A stretch of 64,000 bases of DNA from Pseudomonadota bacterium. GTDB taxonomy: Bacteria; Pseudomonadota; Alphaproteobacteria; Rhodobacterales; Rhodobacteraceae. The position numbers and the translations under genes were made by a program. Location of the stretch: positions 94,789 to 158,788 of the forward strand of contig JBCDDF010000003.1 in NCBI GenBank assembly GCA_039180525.1, given 5' to 3'. Under the pieces are notes generated by a model. That model saw only the letters and a program-made list of their open reading frames with translations. It searched no databases and was not told the origin of the DNA. This document shows, piece after piece, positions 8,155-17,991 of this stretch (its first letter is position 1; each line of letters begins with the position of its first letter).

Positions 8155-10233
8155 ATGTCACGCGCCCTTGAAAGCCCCGCGCCGGATGCGCGCGCGGTCA
8201 TGTCCTCCGTTTTCGGCTTCGACGATTTCCGCCCGGGGCAGGAAGACATCGTCCAGGCCGTGGCGGCGGGGCGGGACGTGCTGGCGATCATGCCCACCGG
8301 TGGCGGCAAGAGCCTGTGCTTTCAACTGCCGGCCTTGCTGCGCGATGGGGTGACGGTTGTGGTCAGCCCGCTGATCGCGCTGATGCGCGACCAGGTCCGG
8401 GCGCTGCGCGAGGCCGGAGTGGCCGCCGGTGCGCTGACCTCCGCCACCGACGCGGAAGAGGCGGAGGAGATCTTTGCCAGGCTCGACGCCGGCACGCTCA
8501 AGCTGCTGTACATGGCGCCCGAACGGTTGGCGCGCGCCGGTACCGAGCGGCTGCTGCGGCGCGCCAATGTCGCCATGATCGCCGTCGACGAGGCGCATTG
8601 CGTCAGCCAATGGGGCCACGACTTCCGCCCCGATTATCTGGCCATCGGCCCGCTGCGCGCCGCGCTGGGCTGCCAGATCACGGCGTTCACCGCCACCGCC
8701 GATGCCGAAACCCGGGACGAGATCGTCCAGCGGCTGTTTCCCGCCCCGCCGGAGGCTTTTCTGCGCGGCTTCGACCGCCCCAACCTGTTTCTGGAGTTTC
8801 AGGCCAAGGCCAAGCCGCGCGACCAGTTGCTGAACTTCGTCGCCGCGCGGCCGGGCCAGTCGGGCATCGTCTATTGCGCCTCGCGCGCGAAAACCGAAAC
8901 CCTGGCCGCGGCGCTGATGGCCGCCGGCCACAGCGCGCTGGCCTATCATGCCGGCCTGGACGCGGACGACCGCCGCCTGGCCGAAACCCGGTTCCAGCGC
9001 GAAGACGGGCTGATCGTTTGCGCAACGGTCGCGTTCGGCATGGGCGTGGACAAGCCCGATATCCGCTATGTCGCCCATGCCGATCTGCCCAAATCCATCG
9101 AGGCGTATTATCAGGAGATCGGCCGCGCCGGCCGCGACGGTGCGCCGGCGGACACGCTCACGCTTTACGGCCCTGACGATATTCGCCTGCGCCGTGCGCA
9201 GATCGACGAAAGCCTGGCGCCCGATGACCGCAAGGATGCCGATCATGGCCGGCTGAACGCGCTTTTGGGTCTGGCCGAAACCCCCGCATGCCGGCGCCTG
9301 GCCTTGCTGTCCTATTTCGGCGAAACACCCGGCGCCGATTGCGGCAATTGCGATATATGCCGTGACAGGCCGGCGACCTATGACGCCACGCAAGCGGCGC
9401 AAAAGGCGTTCTCTGCCGTCTTGCGCACCGATCAGCGTTTCGGCGCCGGGCATCTGATCGACATCCTGCGCGGCACGACGACGGAAAAGATCCGATCCTG
9501 GCGGCACGACCAATTGCCCACCTTCGGGGTTGGTCGGGAATTCTCCAAAGCCGAATGGCAGGTGATCTTTCGCCAGCTTCTGGGCCTCGACTACCTGCGC
9601 CCCGATACCGCCCGGCACGGCGCGCTGCGGCTTACGCCCAAGGCGCGGCCGCTTTTGAAAGGTGAGATCGGCCTGACCCTGCGCAAGGCCGCCCTGACCG
9701 GCGCCGCGGGCGCGCGCGCACCGGCCAAGGCCTTGGTCGCCGAAGAGGACGCGACGCTCTTTGCCCAACTCAAGGCGAAGCGCCGCGAATTGGCCGAGGC
9801 CGCAAAGGCGCCGGCCTATGTGATCTTTCCCGATCGTACCCTGATCGAAATGGCGGCGCGCCGGCCGCAGACGCTGGATCAGATGCGCACGGTGCCCGGT
9901 GTGGGCGACAAAAAGCTCGAACGCTACGGCGCCACATTTCTGGCCGTGATCACCGGCGAGACGGAGACGCTGCCGCATCCCGCCCGGCGCCGTCTGGCGG
10001 GGCGCGACGCCGGCCCGGTCTACGATCTTCTGCAGGCCGAACAGGTGCGCCTTGCGCGTGGCGAGACCGGGCTGGAGCCGTTCCTGAATTGCCCCGCCAC
10101 TACGCTGGCCAAAATCGCCGCCGCGCGGCCGGCCGATCTGCAGGATCTGGCCGCAATCCAGGGCATGGGCGCGCAAAAGGCGGCGCGTTTCGGCTCTGCT
10201 TTCCTGGCGGTTCTGGCGACTGGCGACGGCTGA
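8155..10233 (+). CDS. recQ: ATP-dependent DNA helicase RecQ
   Basis: MPTGGGKSLCFQLP, VDEAHCVSQWGHDFRP and YYQEIGRAGRDG motifs; Zn-binding CRR..CGNCDIC; RQC and two HRDC-like domains. Confidence 0.96.
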   Translation: MSRALESPAPDARAVMSSVFGFDDFRPGQEDIVQAVAAGRDVLAIMPTGGGKSLCFQLPALLRDGVTVVVSPLIALMRDQVRALREAGVAAGALTSATDAEEAEEIFARLDAGTLKLLYMAPERLARAGTERLLRRANVAMIAVDEAHCVSQWGHDFRPDYLAIGPLRAALGCQITAFTATADAETRDEIVQRLFPAPPEAFLRGFDRPNLFLEFQAKAKPRDQLLNFVAARPGQSGIVYCASRAKTETLAAALMAAGHSALAYHAGLDADDRRLAETRFQREDGLIVCATVAFGMGVDKPDIRYVAHADLPKSIEAYYQEIGRAGRDGAPADTLTLYGPDDIRLRRAQIDESLAPDDRKDADHGRLNALLGLAETPACRRLALLSYFGETPGADCGNCDICRDRPATYDATQAAQKAFSAVLRTDQRFGAGHLIDILRGTTTEKIRSWRHDQLPTFGVGREFSKAEWQVIFRQLLGLDYLRPDTARHGALRLTPKARPLLKGEIGLTLRKAALTGAAGARAPAKALVAEEDATLFAQLKAKRRELAEAAKAPAYVIFPDRTLIEMAARRPQTLDQMRTVPGVGDKKLERYGATFLAVITGETETLPHPARRRLAGRDAGPVYDLLQAEQVRLARGETGLEPFLNCPATTLAKIAAARPADLQDLAAIQGMGAQKAARFGSAFLAVLATGDG

Positions 10234-10447
10234 TGTGGGAATGCGCACATATTCGATTAGGCGCATTCAAATTATGGCAGTTTTGCCCAAACATGGCCAC
10301 AGATCGGTGAGAAATGTGACGGGATAGGGGATTCGTTTGTGCTTGTTTGTTCCAATTAAGGCAGCCGTTGGGGTGACAATTTCGGCGTCTTTGGGGGAAC
10401 GCGTTGGGTGAACCGGCGGGGCTGTGCCGTCGGGTAGTGGGGGAAGA

Positions 10448-11299
10448 ATGATCCGGGAGGCGCCGCAATTGATGGTCAGCGCCGCGTGGCTTGAAAGCCA
10501 TCTCGGCGCGCCGGATTTGCGTATTATCGATGCCAGTTGGTATCTGCCCGATATGGGCCGCGATGCCCGCGCCGAATACGACGCGCGGCATATTCCCGGC
10601 GCCCGCTTTTTCGACATCGACGATATTTCGGATGCCAAATCCGAATTGCCGCATATGGCCCCGCCGGTGGAGAAATTCATATCGCGCATGCGCGCGATGG
10701 GCATTGGCGACGGCCATAAGGTGGTGGTCTATGACGGCGCCGGGTTGTTTTCGGCCGCGCGCGTCTGGTGGCTGTTCCGCCATTTCGGCAAGCGCGATGT
10801 CGCTGTGCTGGATGGCGGATTGCCGAAATGGCTGGAGGAGGGACGCCCGACAGAGGCGGTGCCGCCGACCCAGCGCGACCGCCACTTCACCGCGCGTCGC
10901 GATGCCAGCTTGGTCAAGGACGCCACCCAGGTTGCCGCTGCGGTGAAGCTGGGCGACTGGCAACTGGTCGATGCCCGCTCGCCCGAACGGTTCACGGGCG
11001 CGGAACAGGAAACCCGGCCCGGCCTGCGGTCGGGCCATATGCCGGGGGCGCTGAACGTCCATTACCGGACGCTTTTGAATTCGGACGGAACAATGAAACA
11101 GGCCGCAGAGCTGCGTGCGGTCTTTGTAGAGGCGGGGGTCGATCTGGACCGCCCGGTGATCACGACCTGCGGGTCGGGGATTACCGCGGCGATCCTCTTT
11201 CTGGCGTTGGAGATCGCCGGGCATGGGCAGCACGCCTTGTATGACGGGTCGTGGGCGGAATGGGGCCGCTACGGCGAGTTTACCGTCGAGAGTGGATGA
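10448..11299 (+). CDS. sseA: 3-mercaptopyruvate sulfurtransferase (tandem rhodanese)
   Basis: HIPGARFFDID, SAARVWW, CGSGITA active site, LYDGSWAEW. Confidence 0.93.
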   Translation: MIREAPQLMVSAAWLESHLGAPDLRIIDASWYLPDMGRDARAEYDARHIPGARFFDIDDISDAKSELPHMAPPVEKFISRMRAMGIGDGHKVVVYDGAGLFSAARVWWLFRHFGKRDVAVLDGGLPKWLEEGRPTEAVPPTQRDRHFTARRDASLVKDATQVAAAVKLGDWQLVDARSPERFTGAEQETRPGLRSGHMPGALNVHYRTLLNSDGTMKQAAELRAVFVEAGVDLDRPVITTCGSGITAAILFLALEIAGHGQHALYDGSWAEWGRYGEFTVESG

Positions 11300-11324
11300 A
11301 TGGTGGAGCGAGTGGAGTGGGAAC

Positions 11325-12194
11325 ATGTTTTACTTTGTAATCGGCCCGAACAACTCGGGCACGACGGTCGTGTGCCAATATCTGGCGGCCCAAACGGGCG
11401 CCTATCTGCCGCCCTTCGGGCATAACGAAGGGCAGTTCGCGCCAGCGGTGCGCGACATGATGCGCCTCGATCCCTGGAATGCGAAGGCGCCCATCGATTG
11501 GGCCTTTGTCCGCCGCGAATGGGAGTCGTTGCTGCGCGACTCCGGCAAGACGGCCTTTGTCGAGGGGTCGCCGCCGAACCTGCTGCGCGCCGATGCGATG
11601 CTAGAGGCATTCGCCCCGGACTATCGCGCGATGTTCTTGATCGCAAACCCGTATATGTCGGTGGCGTCCAACCTGAAGAACTATGCCGTGCCGCCCCTGG
11701 GCCGCGCGCAAATGGACACCGCCGTGGCCGACTGGCTGCGCAAGGCGCAGCGCATGCGTGAAAACGCCCGCCGCTGGCCCGACATACCGCTGGTCCGGTA
11801 CGAGGATTTCTGCATCGACCCCAGCATCGTCGCCCATGCCTTCGGCTTCGACGGGAGTGCGCGCGCGCGCGTGGCGGGCAAAAAGACCACCGGGGCACGG
11901 GAAATCCGCGACATGACGGTGCGCAACATGGCGTTCCTCAAACCGGTGGAGGCCGATGCGTTGTCCGACCGCCTGGCGCCGCATGTTGATCTGCTGGAAT
12001 TCTTTGGCTACGACCTGCTGGATGCGAATGGATTTGCCGACCAGCTTTCCGCGGCTCCGGATTTGGCCGACCAAGGCCGCGCCACCCGCGCGGGTTGGGC
12101 GCGCCGGCAGGCGGTGACGGCGGCGGTGCGCTGGGGCCGGAAACAGGCCATGGGCTGGCGCAGCGCCTGGCGCGGCAGCCCGGCGGATGCCTGA
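11325..12194 (+). CDS. sulfotransferase-family (P-loop) protein
   Basis: N-terminal FVIGPNNSGTT resembles the PAPS-binding loop; VRYEDFC motif; start may instead be GTG 11292. Confidence 0.65.
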   Translation: MFYFVIGPNNSGTTVVCQYLAAQTGAYLPPFGHNEGQFAPAVRDMMRLDPWNAKAPIDWAFVRREWESLLRDSGKTAFVEGSPPNLLRADAMLEAFAPDYRAMFLIANPYMSVASNLKNYAVPPLGRAQMDTAVADWLRKAQRMRENARRWPDIPLVRYEDFCIDPSIVAHAFGFDGSARARVAGKKTTGAREIRDMTVRNMAFLKPVEADALSDRLAPHVDLLEFFGYDLLDANGFADQLSAAPDLADQGRATRAGWARRQAVTAAVRWGRKQAMGWRSAWRGSPADA

Positions 12195-12726
12195 ACCGGG
12201 GCGCGCCTATACCGTAACCTATCTGGAAATGGCGGCCCGCCCCGCCTATGGCCGGCCCAGCGTTCCGCTGGGCCCGCCGACCGCGCTGATCCTGGCCGAC
12301 AAGCCGCCGGTCTGGTACTTTCTCAGCCTCTACCGCGCCGTCGGCGCCGATTACGACTGGACCGACAAACTGTCGGTCGACCCGGCGGATCTGCAAGCCT
12401 TCGTGCAAGACCCCGCGATGGCACTTTACACCTTGATGCGCGACGGCTGGCCGGCCGGCTTCTTCATGCTCGATGCGCGCCGCCCCGGCATCTGCGATCT
12501 GGCCTATTTCGGCCTGGTGCCCCAGGCCATCGGCCTGGGCCTGGGCAAATACCTGCTGCGCACCGCGATCCATACCGCGTGGGACAAGCCCGGCGTCAGA
12601 AAATTGACCGTGCAGACCTGCACACTGGACCACCCCCGTGCGCTGGGCCTATACCAGAAGTCGGGCTTCGTGCCCGTCAGCCAAGAAACCATAGAGCCCC
12701 AACCCAAGGCCCCGCGCGATGCTTGA
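12187..12726 (+). CDS. GNAT family N-acetyltransferase
   Basis: YFGLVPQAIGLGLGKYLL acetyl-CoA motif; TCTLDHPRALGLYQKSGF. Confidence 0.85.
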   Translation: MPEPGRAYTVTYLEMAARPAYGRPSVPLGPPTALILADKPPVWYFLSLYRAVGADYDWTDKLSVDPADLQAFVQDPAMALYTLMRDGWPAGFFMLDARRPGICDLAYFGLVPQAIGLGLGKYLLRTAIHTAWDKPGVRKLTVQTCTLDHPRALGLYQKSGFVPVSQETIEPQPKAPRDA

Positions 12727-13897
12727 CGCCCTCACCCCGCAGCCGCCCGACAAAATCATCGAACTGATCGGGCTGTTCCGCGCCGACCCGCGCGACGACA
12801 AGGTCGACCTTGGCGTCGGCGTCTACAAGGACGCGGACGGCCACACCCCGGTGATGCGCGCGGTGAAATCGGCAGAGACGCGGCTGCTGCAATCCCAGGA
12901 CAGCAAATCCTATGTCGGGTTGCTGGGCGATCTGGGCTTTGTCGATGCCATGCGCGATCTGGTGCTGGGCGATGCCGTGACCGCCGACCGCGTGGCCGGG
13001 GCGCAGGCGCCCGGCGGTACCGGTGCGATCCACCAGCTGATGGAACTGATCCGCCTGGCGCGGCCCGACGCGCGGATCTGGTACTCCAACCCGACCTGGC
13101 CCAACCACCCGGCAATGGTGCGCCATATGGGCTTTGCCGCCGGCACCTATCGGTATTTCGATACGGCCACCCGCGGCGTCGATTTCGATGCCATGATGAC
13201 CGATCTGGCCGGCATCGGCCCGGGCGATGTGGTCATTCTGCACGGCTGTTGCCACAACCCGACCGGGGCCAATCTCAGCGCCGATCAGTGGCAGGCGGTC
13301 ACCGATCTGATCCTGAAAACCGGCGCGCTGCCTTTTGTCGATTTCGCCTATCAGGGCTTCGGCGACGGGTTGGAGGCCGATGCCGCCGCGGTTCGTGCGA
13401 TGGCGGGCCGCGTGCCGCAATTGCTGGTCGCGGCAAGCTGTTCCAAGAATTTCGGGCTTTATCGCGACCGCGTCGGCGCCGCCTTCGCCATTTGCGCCGA
13501 TGGCGAAACCCAGTCGCTTGCGCAGGGTGCGCTGGCCTCTTTGAACCGGATGAACTTTTCCTTTCCGCCCGATCACGGCGCCAAGGTGGTGGAGATCATT
13601 CTGAAAGATCCCGATTTGCGCGCCGACTGGCAGGCCGAATTGGACGAGATGCGCGGGCGCATGCTCGATCTGCGCCGGTCGCTGGCCGATGCCCTGCGGC
13701 GAGAGACCAATTCCGACATGTTCGATTTCGTCGCTCATCATCGCGGCATGTTCTCGCGCCTGGGCCTGGCGCCGGATGCCGTGGCGAAACTGCGCGACGA
13801 TGGGATTTATATGGTCGGCGACAGCCGCGTGAACATCGCCGGCCTGCCCGAGGGCAATATGGACCGGCTGGCCAAGGCGATCGCCGCGGTCGCGTGA
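12719..13897 (+). CDS. tyrB: aromatic amino acid/aspartate aminotransferase
   Basis: KVDLGVGVYKD, LHGCCHNPTG, DFAYQGFG and SCSKNFGLYRDRVG motifs. Confidence 0.92.
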   Translation: MLDALTPQPPDKIIELIGLFRADPRDDKVDLGVGVYKDADGHTPVMRAVKSAETRLLQSQDSKSYVGLLGDLGFVDAMRDLVLGDAVTADRVAGAQAPGGTGAIHQLMELIRLARPDARIWYSNPTWPNHPAMVRHMGFAAGTYRYFDTATRGVDFDAMMTDLAGIGPGDVVILHGCCHNPTGANLSADQWQAVTDLILKTGALPFVDFAYQGFGDGLEADAAAVRAMAGRVPQLLVAASCSKNFGLYRDRVGAAFAICADGETQSLAQGALASLNRMNFSFPPDHGAKVVEIILKDPDLRADWQAELDEMRGRMLDLRRSLADALRRETNSDMFDFVAHHRGMFSRLGLAPDAVAKLRDDGIYMVGDSRVNIAGLPEGNMDRLAKAIAAVA

Positions 13898-14811
13898 GCG
13901 TTCCCTACATCACCGAGGCATCGGTTGGTGTGCTGGAATGGTCGGCCGTGGCGGATGCCATCGCCGCCGGCCATCGCGGGCCACGCGCGAAGTTGTCCGA
14001 TCAATTGCTGTCCGAGGGAGAGGATCGGATCCTGTCCCGCGCCGCCTGGATCGCGGGCCGGGGCGCGGCGGTGAAATCGGTCACCGTGATCCCCGGCAAT
14101 GCCGCGCTCGGGCGGCCCACGATCCACGGCGCGATGCTGCTTTTTGATGCCGCGGGCGCGGTGGCGGCGGTCATCGACAGCGCGCTGGTCACCCGGCTCA
14201 AGACCGCCGGCGACAGTCTGTTGGGCGCGCGGCTTTTGGCCCGTCCCGATGCGCGGCGGCTGGTGATCCTGGGCGCCGGCAATGTGGCGCGGTCGCTGAC
14301 CGCGGCCTATCGCACGCAGTGGCCGGATCTGCAGATCGCCATCTGGAACCGCAACCCCGCCCGCGCCGAGGCTTTGGCCGCAGAGACCGCAGCGACCGCC
14401 GTCACCGACCTGCCCGCGGCGGTGGGCGCGGCGGATATCGTCGCCACCGCCACGCTCAGCCCGACGCCGATCCTGCAGGGCGCGTTGCTGAGCCCCGGAA
14501 CCCATGTCGATCTGATCGGCGCCTTCACGCCGGATATGCGCGAGGCCGACGATGCCGTCCTCACCCGCGGTCGCATCTTCGTCGACAGCCGCGAAACGAC
14601 GCTGGACCATATCGGCGAAATCCGCGACCCGCTGACCCGCGGGGTGATCGCGCCTCAGGACATCCTGGGCGATTTCTACGATCTGTGCACCGGCGCCCCC
14701 GGCCGCACGGCGCCCGAGCAGATCACCGTCTTCAAGAACGGCGGCGGCGCGCATATGGACCTTATGACCGGCCGGTTGATCTTCGAGGCGTGGAAAAAAG
14801 TTCAAGGCTAA
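13894..14811 (+). CDS. ornithine cyclodeaminase / mu-crystallin family protein
   Basis: TRLKTAGDS, LGAGNVA, HVDLIGAFTPDMRE and FKNGGGAHMDL motifs; GTGA overlap with the tyrB stop. Confidence 0.88.
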   Translation: MSVPYITEASVGVLEWSAVADAIAAGHRGPRAKLSDQLLSEGEDRILSRAAWIAGRGAAVKSVTVIPGNAALGRPTIHGAMLLFDAAGAVAAVIDSALVTRLKTAGDSLLGARLLARPDARRLVILGAGNVARSLTAAYRTQWPDLQIAIWNRNPARAEALAAETAATAVTDLPAAVGAADIVATATLSPTPILQGALLSPGTHVDLIGAFTPDMREADDAVLTRGRIFVDSRETTLDHIGEIRDPLTRGVIAPQDILGDFYDLCTGAPGRTAPEQITVFKNGGGAHMDLMTGRLIFEAWKKVQG

Positions 14812-14831
14812 ACCAACCGTCATCGGCGCGC

Positions 14832-14919
14832 GATGGGGTAAAACCCCATCCTACGGCGTTGCATCGCGATGGGTAACTCTCATCTCGCCGAACCCCGTAG
14901 GATGGGTTTCCAACCCATC
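14832..14919. repeat. cluster of GTAG-type REP palindromes
   Basis: GTAGGATGGGGTTTTACCCCATC on - (14832-14854), a degenerate unit at ~14866-14886, and GTAGGATGGGTTTCCAACCCATC on + (14897-14919). Confidence 0.75.
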
Positions 14920-15205
14920 CTCCTCGCGTCCAAAGCCGAGACGCACAGCGCCGCAACCCATCCCGCCCCGGCCCAGAACCAAGGCGCGCAGCGCCGCCGG
15001 GCCATCGCCCGTCCGCCCCCTCGGGCGGGCGATTTGCAGCCTCCACCCAAAGAACTGCCGTACGACGGGGTTACGCCATAAACCGCCCAGACCCACCCCC
15101 GGTCGCCCCCCCGGCGAACGGGCAATGACCCTCTCGCTGCACCCGGATGCAGCGGTCTTAACGCCGCCGCAACTCATCTTAACCGCACCCGCCAACGGGC
15201 CGATC

Positions 15206-15245
15206 TGCCAGACGCTTGCCAGACGCATGCCATACGCTTGCCAGC
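15206..15245. repeat. 11-bp tandem repeat, ~3.5 units
   Basis: tgccagacgct tgccagacgca tgccatacgct tgccagc. Confidence 0.7.
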
Positions 15246-15249
15246 CCCG

Positions 15250-15807
15250 TTAACGAATGCGCAGAAACCGCAGCACCGTCTCCCCCTGACGCCGCGTATC
15301 GACCGGCTCCGCCCATTCCGGCACCGCCACATCGCCGCCCTCTTCCCAGACGATCACCGCGCCCGCCGCCAGCCAGTCGCCATCCCGCGCCGAGGCCAGC
15401 GCGCGTTCGCCCAACCCCTTGCCATAAGGCGGATCGAGGAAGATCAGCCCGTAGGGCGCAGCGCGGTTCTGGCCCAGCCTCGTGGCGTCGCGGCGATAGA
15501 TCTTGGCGATCCCGGTGGCGCCCAGCCGATCCATGTTGTCGCGCAAAAGCGCCCGCGCCTTGACCCCGTCATCCACGAACAGCGCCCGCGCCGCGCCGCG
15601 GCTCAACGCCTCGAATCCCAATGCGCCGGTCCCGGCGAAAAGATCCAGCACGCGCGCCTCCGCCAGCGGCGGAAAATCCCCATGTTCCAGTATGTTAAAC
15701 AGGCTTTCCCGCACCCGGTCCGCCGTCGGACGCAGATGCGCCGCCGTGTCGCCAGACCCCAACGCGGCCAGCCCCCGGCCTTTCCAGCGGCCGCCCACGA
15801 TGCGCAT
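15250..15807 (-). CDS. rsmD: 16S rRNA m2G966 methyltransferase
   Basis: MRIVGG..LRPTADRVRESLFNIL, VLDLFAGTGALGFEALSRGA and FLDPPY motifs. Confidence 0.93.
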   Translation of the reverse strand: MRIVGGRWKGRGLAALGSGDTAAHLRPTADRVRESLFNILEHGDFPPLAEARVLDLFAGTGALGFEALSRGAARALFVDDGVKARALLRDNMDRLGATGIAKIYRRDATRLGQNRAAPYGLIFLDPPYGKGLGERALASARDGDWLAAGAVIVWEEGGDVAVPEWAEPVDTRRQGETVLRFLRIR

Positions 15808-17024
15808 CAGACCGCCGCCATCTCCTTCAGATTGCGGGCGCCATCGGTGATCAGATCCGCGTCCGGCGACAGCCCTGCCTCGATCCAGCGCTTGCCCATC
15901 ATATAGGCGCGCGGGTCGTTCATCGCGTCCACCGCCAAAAGGGTTTGGCCCTTGAAATACCACACGGAATAGGCGCCCTCCCGGTCGCCTTGGCGGGTGA
16001 CGGTGGTGTCGTAGCCATCGTTCAGACCGGCGATCTGCAGCTTGACGTCGTACTGATCGGACCAGAACCACGGGGTCGCGAAATAACCCGCCGGCCGGTC
16101 GAGCATCGCCTCCGCCACGGCCTCGGCCTGATCGATCGCGTTGGGCACCGATTCCAGCCTGATCCGCCGGCCGCGATGTGGGAAAGAGGTACAATCGCCC
16201 GCCGCAAAGATATGCCGGTCGCTGGTGCGCCCGCGGCTGTCGACGCAGATGCCGTCATTGGTGCGCAGGCCAGAGATCTCCGCCAGCCAGGTATCGGGCT
16301 CGATCCCGATCCCTGCAATCACGAAATCCACGTCGATGGCGCAGCCGTCGGTCAGTTCCGCCCGCATCACGCGACCGTCCTCGCCGACCAGCCGTTCCAG
16401 CCCGATCCCCTCGCGCATATCGACACCGTGAGAGCAGTGCAGATCCCTGAAATAATTCGATGTTTCGGGCGCAGCCACCCGGCGGAGGATCCTTTCCGCC
16501 ATCTCGATCAACGTCACCTTCAACCCGCGGTCCGCGGCCACCGCCGCGGCCTCCAGCCCGATATAGCCGCCGCCCACGATCAGCACCCGTGCGCCCTTTT
16601 TGAACTCCGGCGCCATGGCGTCGATATCGGCCACCGTGCGCACCGAATAGACCCCGTCCAGATCGCCGCCCGCAGCCCGCGGCAAACACCGCGGCTTGGA
16701 CCCGGTGGTCAGGGCCAAGCGTTCGTAAGGCACCCGCGAACCGTCGGCCAGGTGCACCCGTTGCGCCTCGCGATTGATGCCCGTGGCGCGCGCGCCCAGC
16801 ATCAGCGTGATGTCCTTCTGCTCATAGAAGGAATGCGGCTTCAAAAACAGCCGTTCGCGTTCCAACTCGCCTTGCAGATAGGCTTTGGACAGGGGTGGGC
16901 GTTGGTAAGGCGGGCAGGATTCCTCGCCGATGAGGGTAAGCTCTCCGTCATAGCCCAGCACCCGCAGGCGCTCGACCAAGGAGGCGCCGGCCTGACCGGC
17001 GCCGATGATCACGATCCCTGCCAT
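15807..17024 (-). CDS. NAD(P)/FAD-dependent ferredoxin reductase (putidaredoxin reductase-like)
   Basis: GAGQAG, PYQRPPLSK, GGGYIGLE, RLESVPNA and PWFWSDQYD motifs. Confidence 0.92.
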   Translation of the reverse strand: MAGIVIIGAGQAGASLVERLRVLGYDGELTLIGEESCPPYQRPPLSKAYLQGELERERLFLKPHSFYEQKDITLMLGARATGINREAQRVHLADGSRVPYERLALTTGSKPRCLPRAAGGDLDGVYSVRTVADIDAMAPEFKKGARVLIVGGGYIGLEAAAVAADRGLKVTLIEMAERILRRVAAPETSNYFRDLHCSHGVDMREGIGLERLVGEDGRVMRAELTDGCAIDVDFVIAGIGIEPDTWLAEISGLRTNDGICVDSRGRTSDRHIFAAGDCTSFPHRGRRIRLESVPNAIDQAEAVAEAMLDRPAGYFATPWFWSDQYDVKLQIAGLNDGYDTTVTRQGDREGAYSVWYFKGQTLLAVDAMNDPRAYMMGKRWIEAGLSPDADLITDGARNLKEMAAV

Positions 17025-17107
17025 AGGGCACTTGCCCCCCTGTGAAATCCGTCCCCGTGTCTATATGACCCTCGCTGATGGGGAAACAAAAGCGCAAAGG
17101 ACATGCC

Positions 17108-17596
17108 ATGGCTATTTCCGTCGGAGATCCGCTGCCCGAGTCGTCGTTTCTGGTTCTGGGTGAGGGCGGCCCGCAATCTGTGTCCACCGCAGACCTGGTT
17201 GGCGACGGCAAAACCGTGATCTTCGGTTTGCCAGGCGCCTATACCGGCACCTGCACCACCGCGCATATGCCGAGTTTCATCCGTTCCAAGGACGCGCTGG
17301 CGGCCAAGGGCGTGACCGGGATCCTGTGCGTGGCGGTGAACGATCCCTTCGTGCTGGCGGCCTGGGATGAGAGCACCGGCGCGGGTGCGGCGGGGATCAA
17401 ACTGCTGGGTGACGCCTCGGGCGATTTCACCCGGGCGGTGGGGATGGATTTCGACGCCCCTCCGGCAGGTCTGTTTGGCCGATCCAAGCGGTATTCCATG
17501 GTCGTGGAGGGCGGAACGGTCACGCATATCAACGTCGAGGACAACCCCGGCGTCTGCAACATCTCTGCCGGTGAAACCCTGGTGGACCAACTGTAG
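17108..17596 (+). CDS. peroxiredoxin, Prx5 type
   Basis: GLPGAYTGTCTTAH peroxidatic motif; VNDPFV; RSKRYSM. Confidence 0.92.
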   Translation: MAISVGDPLPESSFLVLGEGGPQSVSTADLVGDGKTVIFGLPGAYTGTCTTAHMPSFIRSKDALAAKGVTGILCVAVNDPFVLAAWDESTGAGAAGIKLLGDASGDFTRAVGMDFDAPPAGLFGRSKRYSMVVEGGTVTHINVEDNPGVCNISAGETLVDQL

Positions 17597-17694
17597 TCGC
17601 GCAACGCGTCCCGGATGCCGCCACGGCAATCCGGGACCTCACCGCCGGTCGTCACGCCTGGCCAGAGGTCCCGGCGCTGCGGCCGGGACGCGGG

Positions 17695-17991
17695 TCACTT
17701 GGCGCGGGCGTCCATCTGAGCGGCCAGGGTGGTGTCCAACTCGGTCAGCCCGTCCGCGTCATGGGTGATCAGTTTGACCTTTACCCGGTTATAGACATTC
17801 GCCCATTCGGGGTGATGGTCCATCTTTTCCGCCACTGTCGCCACCGCCATCATCCAACCTATGGCAGAAGCGAAGTCTTTGAATTCGAACTCTTTTTCCA
17901 ATGCGTCGCGGTCGCCGTCAAGCCGCCAACCGCCGCTCAGCAGCGGCTCTAACGCGGAATCGCGGGCGGCGCCGGTCAGTTTTTCTGCCAT
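17695..17991 (-). CDS. phhB: pterin-4-alpha-carbinolamine dehydratase
   Basis: [30 protein letters not shown] signature. Confidence 0.9.
   Translation of the reverse strand: MAEKLTGAARDSALEPLLSGGWRLDGDRDALEKEFEFKDFASAIGWMMAVATVAEKMDHHPEWANVYNRVKVKLITHDADGLTELDTTLAAQMDARAK

Noticed and set aside
8158-10266. 702-aa ORF antisense to recQ, and similar long shadow ORFs (27584-29734, 37300-40125, 41627-43342, 22252-23757)
   Set aside because: They overlap well-supported genes on the opposite strand or in another frame, have no recognisable motifs, and are expected in high-GC DNA
10331-10352. Possible LexA box between recQ and sseA (attcgtttgtgcttgtttgttc)
   Set aside because: Does not fit GTTC-N7-GTTC spacing or sequence
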